Shown here piece after piece: positions 58,759 through 64,000 of a stretch of 64,000 nucleotides of DNA. Made by a program: the position numbers and the translations under genes. The notes beneath the pieces were generated by a model, which ran no database searches, was not told the origin of the DNA, and saw only the letters and a list, made by a program, of their open reading frames with translations. Position 1 is the stretch's first letter. The number at the start of each line of letters is the position of its first letter. The DNA is from Myxococcota bacterium (GTDB taxonomy: Bacteria; Myxococcota_C; UBA6777): assembly GCA_023150835.1 (NCBI GenBank), contig JAKLKB010000002.1, positions 124,001 to 188,000 of the forward strand, given 5' to 3'.

Positions 58759-60123
58759 ATGACCGAGCCAAACAACACATCCTCTCGTCCTGTCGTTGCA
58801 GTCCTTGGAGCCGGACCTGCGGGTCTTTATGCCGCCAATAAGCTCGCCCAAGAAGGTGTCGATGTCTTGCTGATCAACCGCGACATCAAACCCGGTGGCC
58901 TTGCAGAATACGGCATCTACTTTGACAAGCACAAAATGAAAAACGGCCTACGCAAACAATTCGACCGTATCCTCGCCCAAAAAAACATCGCCTACATGGG
59001 GCATATCGAAGTCCGTCAACAAGGCGGAACGTTGACCCTCGAAGAGTTCGAAGACTTGGGCTGCGCCGCTTATCTTGTGGCGGTCGGCGCACAAGGAACG
59101 CGAAAGCTCGGATATGACGGCGAAGACCAGATCTCGGGACTCTTTCACGCCAAGGATCTCGTCTACCACTACAACCAACTCCCCCCCTTCGCTTCGCAGG
59201 AGTTTTCCATCGGCCAACACGTCGGTATCATCGGCATGGGCAACGTCATGGTCGATATCGCCCACTGGCTTGTGTGGGAAAAAAAGGTCGCCTCCGTGAC
59301 AATCCTTGCTCGTCGTGGCCCCGCAGAACGCGCCTACACCGACAAAGAGATGCGCGAAGTCATCCGCGCCGTCGACCTTGATGCTCTTGATGTCGAGATC
59401 GCTCGGATCGCCGACAATCTCCGTTCCGTCGGCCAAGATCCCGAAGCCCTCAAAAAAGAATTGCGCGAACCTCTCGACAAAGCCGAAGTCTTCGACAGTC
59501 CAACACGCATGGCCTTTCGCTTCCTTGTCGGTGTCAACAAGCTGATCGCTGGCCCTGACGGTCGACTCGCTGCGGTGGAGCTTGGACACAACCAACTCAT
59601 CCAAAAAGGCGACCGCCTCAACGCCCAATCCACCGGCCAAACCGAGATCCTCCCCTTGGATACGCTGGTGTACGCCATCGGCGATCAAGTCGACGAAGGA
59701 CTCGGGCTGCCTTTTCGCAACGGACAATTCCTAACACCAAGCGGCCCAAACCCCCACGAACCCGAAAAAGCCCGCTACGAAGTCAAAGACCCCCAACACG
59801 ATCAACCCCGCCCCGGCTGGTTTTTAGGCGGATGGGCGCGCATCGCCTCTGATGGACTTGTCGGAAAAGCCCGTGCTGACGGCGAAACCGCTGCAAACGA
59901 AGTCTTGCGCTGGCTCAAACAACACAACCCCCAAAGCGCCGACCTCGCTTCCTGTCAACAACGGCTCCGCACTCTGCTTCAACAAAAGCAACACCCCTTC
60001 GTCGAATACGCCGACGTCCTCACACTCCAATCCATCGAACAAGCTCGCGCCGATGCCCTCGGTGTCCCCCTCTTTAAATTCAACACCAACGAAGAAATGC
60101 TTGCTGCCATCCAAAAATCCTGA
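58759..60123 (+). CDS. FAD-dependent oxidoreductase, ferredoxin--NADP+ reductase (adrenodoxin reductase/FprA-like)
   Basis: GAGPAG, GGLAEYG, IGMGNV.VDIA, RRGP, GW.R..S.GLVG. Confidence 0.85.
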   Translation: MTEPNNTSSRPVVAVLGAGPAGLYAANKLAQEGVDVLLINRDIKPGGLAEYGIYFDKHKMKNGLRKQFDRILAQKNIAYMGHIEVRQQGGTLTLEEFEDLGCAAYLVAVGAQGTRKLGYDGEDQISGLFHAKDLVYHYNQLPPFASQEFSIGQHVGIIGMGNVMVDIAHWLVWEKKVASVTILARRGPAERAYTDKEMREVIRAVDLDALDVEIARIADNLRSVGQDPEALKKELREPLDKAEVFDSPTRMAFRFLVGVNKLIAGPDGRLAAVELGHNQLIQKGDRLNAQSTGQTEILPLDTLVYAIGDQVDEGLGLPFRNGQFLTPSGPNPHEPEKARYEVKDPQHDQPRPGWFLGGWARIASDGLVGKARADGETAANEVLRWLKQHNPQSADLASCQQRLRTLLQQKQHPFVEYADVLTLQSIEQARADALGVPLFKFNTNEEMLAAIQKS

Positions 60124-60186
60124 GAAGCTCGGTCAACGCGCTCGGTTTATTTGATCGTGTGGGGTTCCACTCCACTGTTTGATCAT

Positions 60187-60307
60187 GTGGGGTTCCACCC
60201 CACGCCCCGCAAGGGAGTCCGACTCCCTTGACCCCGTATCGACGGGAAGAACAGGCGGTTTCTACACCAACAGCGGCTCCGCTCGAAGTACCGCGAACAC
60301 GGGTTTT
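60187..60307 (+). repeat. Family-1 element, copy G, preceded by a 28-bp duplication of its head (from 60150)
   Basis: GTGGGGT-TCC-ACCCCAC GCCCCGC AAGGGAGT-CCG-ACTCCCTT GACCCCGTAT...CGCGAACACGGG. Confidence 0.92.
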
Positions 60308-60492
60308 CTCGACAAGTCATCCGATATCCACCCATTGTGTATACATCTCCCAGATCTCGTCTCGCTGCTATCACGAAACACCGTATTTCCAAAAAGAAAA
60401 AGCTCTTCACCAAACAACTGTGCCGCTTAAGTCTTTACAACACGGATATCTCAACATCGCGTCACTCTCCAACACAACATGAGAGGCTGCTA

Positions 60493-61701
60493 ATGCTGCC
60501 AAAAAACGTGATGTACCTTGTATTCCTCGTGTTCTTCGCTTTTGCATCGTGGCGCTGTGGCGATCTTCCTCCCGAAGAACCCCTGCCCAAAGAATCCACC
60601 ACCCCGTCCGAACAAAGCCAAGAAACCCCTGCCCAAGAGATCGCACAAACGGATACAGAGTCCCCACCTGCGGATTCCAACGGCGAACCCCAACCCGCAG
60701 ACTCCAACAACGAACCCACCACAGAACCCCTGTCTACAGACTCCAACAACGAACCGATCGCGGATTCCGCCCACGAGTCCAACACAGAGCAACCCCTCGA
60801 ACCTTCGGATCAAAACGACGCAAGCGAAACCACCACCGAACCAACCCTGCACGAATCCTCGACTGAATCGCCCCTACATCCCGAAGAAGCAACCCACCAA
60901 GACGCCCGTCCACCCGAAGTGACGAACGAATTCACCCCCGAAAAAACTCCCGAAGCTCTCCCCGAAACACACATTGGATCGAGCGGATGCGGAAAAAATC
61001 CACCCGTCACAGGTCTCCAAGAAAACATGACCCTCACCGTCATGAACAAGCAACGCAACTATGTCCTTTCCGTTCCAGCCAATTACAACAAAAACACCCT
61101 ACATCCCGTGATCTTTGGATTCCCCGGCCTCAACGCCACAGGAAAACAAGCCCGTAGTTATTTGGGCCTCGAAAAAACTCCCGGGCCTGCTGTCCTCTAT
61201 GTCTATCCGACCGCTCAAGTCGTTTCTTCTGGTTGGCAGATGCAGGTCGGAGGCGGAGACATCGAGTTTTTCGATGAGATCCTCAAAAAACTCGAAACCG
61301 AATTTTGCGTCGACACCAAAAGAATCTTCAGCACGGGTTTCAGTCATGGAGCGATGTTTACAAACAACCTCACTTGCGTTCGTATCCAAAAGCTCCGAGC
61401 GGTCGCTCCCATCGGAGGATCAGGCCCTTGGTACAACAACTGCAAAAACGGCCCTCTCCCCGCGATGGTGATCCACGGAACCACGGACACCGTTGTCAAA
61501 CTGACTGATGGCGAAAAAACCCGTGATCACTGGAAAACACAAAACGCCTGCACCAACACCTCGCAATCCGCCCCTCCGTCGCCCTGTGTCGCTTACCGTT
61601 CTTGCACACAACCCACGCTTTGGTGTGCTTTCCAAGGAGGGCACCAAGTCCCGAGCTTCGCAGGCACAGGCATCCGAGACTTTTTCCTTGGCCTCCCGTA
61701 G
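60493..61701 (+). CDS. Probable lipoprotein with acidic Pro/Glu/Thr linker and an alpha/beta-hydrolase domain (CE1 feruloyl esterase/PHB depolymerase-like)
   Basis: Signal peptide with Cys; SSGCGK; FCVD.KRIFSTGFSHG (GxSxG); IHGTTD; GGH. Confidence 0.85.
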   Translation: MLPKNVMYLVFLVFFAFASWRCGDLPPEEPLPKESTTPSEQSQETPAQEIAQTDTESPPADSNGEPQPADSNNEPTTEPLSTDSNNEPIADSAHESNTEQPLEPSDQNDASETTTEPTLHESSTESPLHPEEATHQDARPPEVTNEFTPEKTPEALPETHIGSSGCGKNPPVTGLQENMTLTVMNKQRNYVLSVPANYNKNTLHPVIFGFPGLNATGKQARSYLGLEKTPGPAVLYVYPTAQVVSSGWQMQVGGGDIEFFDEILKKLETEFCVDTKRIFSTGFSHGAMFTNNLTCVRIQKLRAVAPIGGSGPWYNNCKNGPLPAMVIHGTTDTVVKLTDGEKTRDHWKTQNACTNTSQSAPPSPCVAYRSCTQPTLWCAFQGGHQVPSFAGTGIRDFFLGLP

Positions 61702-61715
61702 CCTCGATGGTATCG

Positions 61716-61850
61716 GGATGAGAGGACGAGGCGGTCGCTCTTTTCGTAGAGGTCGTGGCGGATGAGCGGACGAGGCGGTCACTCTTTTCGTAGAGGTCGT
61801 GGCGGATTAGAGGACGAGGCGGTCACTCTTTTCGTAGAGGTCGTGGCGCA
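61716..61850. repeat. 44-bp tandem repeat x3 copying the 3' end of the ABC-F gene
   Basis: AG(A/C)GGACGAGGCGGTC(A/G)CTCTTTTCGTAGAGGTCGTGGCG at 61721, 61765 and 61809; the last copy is coding. Confidence 0.95.
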
Positions 61851-63444
61851 TCGCTTGGATGTTTTTGTCTTTGAGGTAGGCTTCGAGGGTGGCGTGGCGG
61901 TCGATCACACCGCGATCTGCGATCTCGATGATGCGATTGGCGACGGTGTTGGTGAACTGGTAGTCGTGGGATGAAAACAAGATGATCTCGGGGAATTGGA
62001 TCAAGCCGTTGTTGAGGGCGGTGATCGCTTCAAGATCGAGGTGGTTGGTGGGTTCATCGAGGATGATCGCGTTAGAACCGCTGAGCATCATCTTGGAGAG
62101 CATACAACGGACTTTTTCGCCCCCCGAAAGGACGGTGGATTTCTTGAAGACTTCATCGCCCGAAAACAGCATCCGACCGAGAAAACTGCGCGCAAAGGGT
62201 TCGCCTTCACTGGGGGGAGCATACTGAAGAATCCATTCGATCAAGTTGAGATCACCCTTGAAATGTTCGTCGTTTTCTTTCGGTAGATACGCCTTGGTGA
62301 TGGTGGTTCCCCATTGGATCGAACCTGCATCAGGCGCGACTTCGCCCATGATCATCTGAAAAAAAGTCGTCTTCGCAAGACTGTTCGGGCCGATCAAGGC
62401 GATCTTATCGCCCTTTTTGACCGATAAGTTAAAGTCCTTAAACAACTGCACCCCATCGACGGACTTTTCCAGCCCTTCGATCTCCAAGATAATCTTTCCA
62501 CAAGGACGCTCTGGCTTAAAACCAACAAACGGAAACTTGCGGTTGGAGGCGGGCATTTGTTCGATCTCGATCTGATCGAGCAGCCTTTTGCGGGACGTGG
62601 CTTGTCGTGCTTTTGAAGCGTTTGAACCAAAGCGCAAGATAAACTCTTTGAGTTCTTTGATCTTGTCTTCTTTTTTCTTGTTTTCATTTTGACGCTGTTG
62701 CATCACCAACTGGCTGGATTGATACCAAAAGTCGTAGTTTCCGACGTAAAGCTTCAACTGGCCGTAGTCGATATCTGCAACGTGCGTACAGACGTTATTG
62801 AGGAAGTGGCGGTCGTGGGAGACCACGATCACGGTGTTTTCGAACTTGCTCAAAAAGTCTTCGAGCCATTGGATCGATTGCAGATCCAACTGGTTGGTGG
62901 GTTCGTCGAGCAGAAGGATATCAGGGTTTCCAAACATCGCTTGAGCCAGCAAGATCCGCACTTTTTGCGTTCCTTCTAATTCTTTCATCAAGCGCTCGTG
63001 GATCTCAGGTTCGATACCAAGGCCACTTAACAAGTTCGCGGCTTCGTATTCGGCCTCGTATCCGCCAAGATCCGCAAACTCTCCTTCGAGATCCGCTGCC
63101 CGCATACCATCTTCTTCGCTCATATCGGGCTTTGCATACAACGCCTCGCGTTCTTTCATCACGCGATAAAGCTCTTTGTGCCCCATAATCACGGCATCCA
63201 AGACGCGATGCTCATCAAAAGCAAATTGATCTTGGCGCAACACAGCGATCCGCTTGTTGGGGGCGATCAGAACACGCCCCGAAGTCGGTTCGAGTTCCCC
63301 CGCAAGGATCTTGAGGAAGGTAGACTTGCCTGCCCCGTTTGCGCCGATCAACCCATAACAGTTGCCCGGGACAAATTTTACATCGACATCCTTAAACAAG
63401 ACGCGACCGCCAAAAGAGAGGGTGACACGCTCGACCTGAATCAT
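61807..63444 (-). CDS. ABC-F family ATPase (YbiT/YkpA-like)
   Basis: Two ABC domains (GANGAGKST, LLLDEPTN; LSGGE, ILDEPTNHLD), no TM segments, linker FGSNASKARQATSR. Confidence 0.94.
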   Translation of the reverse strand: MIQVERVTLSFGGRVLFKDVDVKFVPGNCYGLIGANGAGKSTFLKILAGELEPTSGRVLIAPNKRIAVLRQDQFAFDEHRVLDAVIMGHKELYRVMKEREALYAKPDMSEEDGMRAADLEGEFADLGGYEAEYEAANLLSGLGIEPEIHERLMKELEGTQKVRILLAQAMFGNPDILLLDEPTNQLDLQSIQWLEDFLSKFENTVIVVSHDRHFLNNVCTHVADIDYGQLKLYVGNYDFWYQSSQLVMQQRQNENKKKEDKIKELKEFILRFGSNASKARQATSRKRLLDQIEIEQMPASNRKFPFVGFKPERPCGKIILEIEGLEKSVDGVQLFKDFNLSVKKGDKIALIGPNSLAKTTFFQMIMGEVAPDAGSIQWGTTITKAYLPKENDEHFKGDLNLIEWILQYAPPSEGEPFARSFLGRMLFSGDEVFKKSTVLSGGEKVRCMLSKMMLSGSNAIILDEPTNHLDLEAITALNNGLIQFPEIILFSSHDYQFTNTVANRIIEIADRGVIDRHATLEAYLKDKNIQAMRHDLYEKSDRLVL

Positions 63445-63591
63445 CAAAAGCTCCGTCCATAGGGGGATTTAACCAAGGCACAGCAGCTTTCTTCTGCAAC
63501 GCCCTTGCCTACACGATATCCTCGTATCGTGTGGACAGAGCCTTTTGCCACGAAAGTGCAAGACTTTCAACAAAGATTTTCTAAAAATGTT

Positions 63592-64000
63592 TTAGGGCAG
63601 ATCCACAGGATAGACGCGGCGAGAAGAGGGTGGGGTATGTTGCGTGTGCAAGCTTTGCCAGAGATTCCAAAGCTGCCGATGTTGCTCTTTGATCGCAGCT
63701 TGACTTGTGTGATACGCATGAGCGCTGATCTGATACGGCGAAGGGGGTGTCGGGATATCGCGATTGGCCATCCCAAAAAGCAAAAAGCCCACCGCCACCA
63801 ACCCCAACAGGTATCCCCAAAGGCCCGTACGATCGGACCATACCGTCAAGATCAAGCTCACACCCCCCACGATCACACCCAACACCAGCACACACACCAA
63901 CAGCGCCCCAAGCGAAAGCGTGTAACGTGCCACCACACTACGCTGCCACAAAGCACTCCCCACGATCTCCAACCCCACAAACAACGTCAGCGAAAAGACC
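63592..64000 (-). CDS. Hypothetical membrane protein, 5' end outside the window
   Basis: Frame open to the window edge; several hydrophobic segments. Confidence 0.6.
   Translation of the reverse strand, partial: VFSLTLFVGLEIVGSALWQRSVVARYTLSLGALLVCVLVLGVIVGGVSLILTVWSDRTGLWGYLLGLVAVGFLLFGMANRDIPTPPSPYQISAHAYHTSQAAIKEQHRQLWNLWQSLHTQHTPPSSRRVYPVDLP

Noticed and set aside
58759-60123. FNR-like reductase as the dedicated electron donor of squalene epoxidase
   Set aside because: It lies 10 kb away with unrelated genes between; nothing in the sequence links them.

Overview
Chromosomal window from a bacterium that is probably Myxococcota/deltaproteobacterial. That placement is inferred from Cys-rich lipoproteins, a DUF507-like gene, a GldAFG/DUF4340-type ABC locus and a squalene epoxidase. 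Housekeeping content: partial ugd, clpX-clpP-tig, three tRNAs (Leu-UAG, Arg-UCG, Arg-UCU), rdgB-rph, infA, murE-murF, rpoZ, metF and an ABC-F ATPase. Accessory content: methylmalonyl-CoA mutase mutAB/meaB split by a Cys-rich metzincin lipoprotein, an orphan parAB pair, an AsnB-like amidotransferase with a GT4, a complete group 3b-type [NiFe]-hydrogenase operon with an upstream FNR/CRP-like box, a stand-alone squalene monooxygenase, and several uncharacterised membrane, secreted or repeat proteins. The most unusual signal is non-coding. Seven dispersed copies of a ~123-bp element carry two compensating triloop hairpins and a fixed-length, block-conserved tail. There are also two modular repeat islands, four isolated repeat-spacer-repeat pairs of CRISPR-like dimensions with no cas genes, and many local tandem amplifications. 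No transposase, integrase, phage, cas or rRNA gene was recognised. All calls come from reading the sequence and recalling motifs; no searches were run, and repeat boundaries are approximate.
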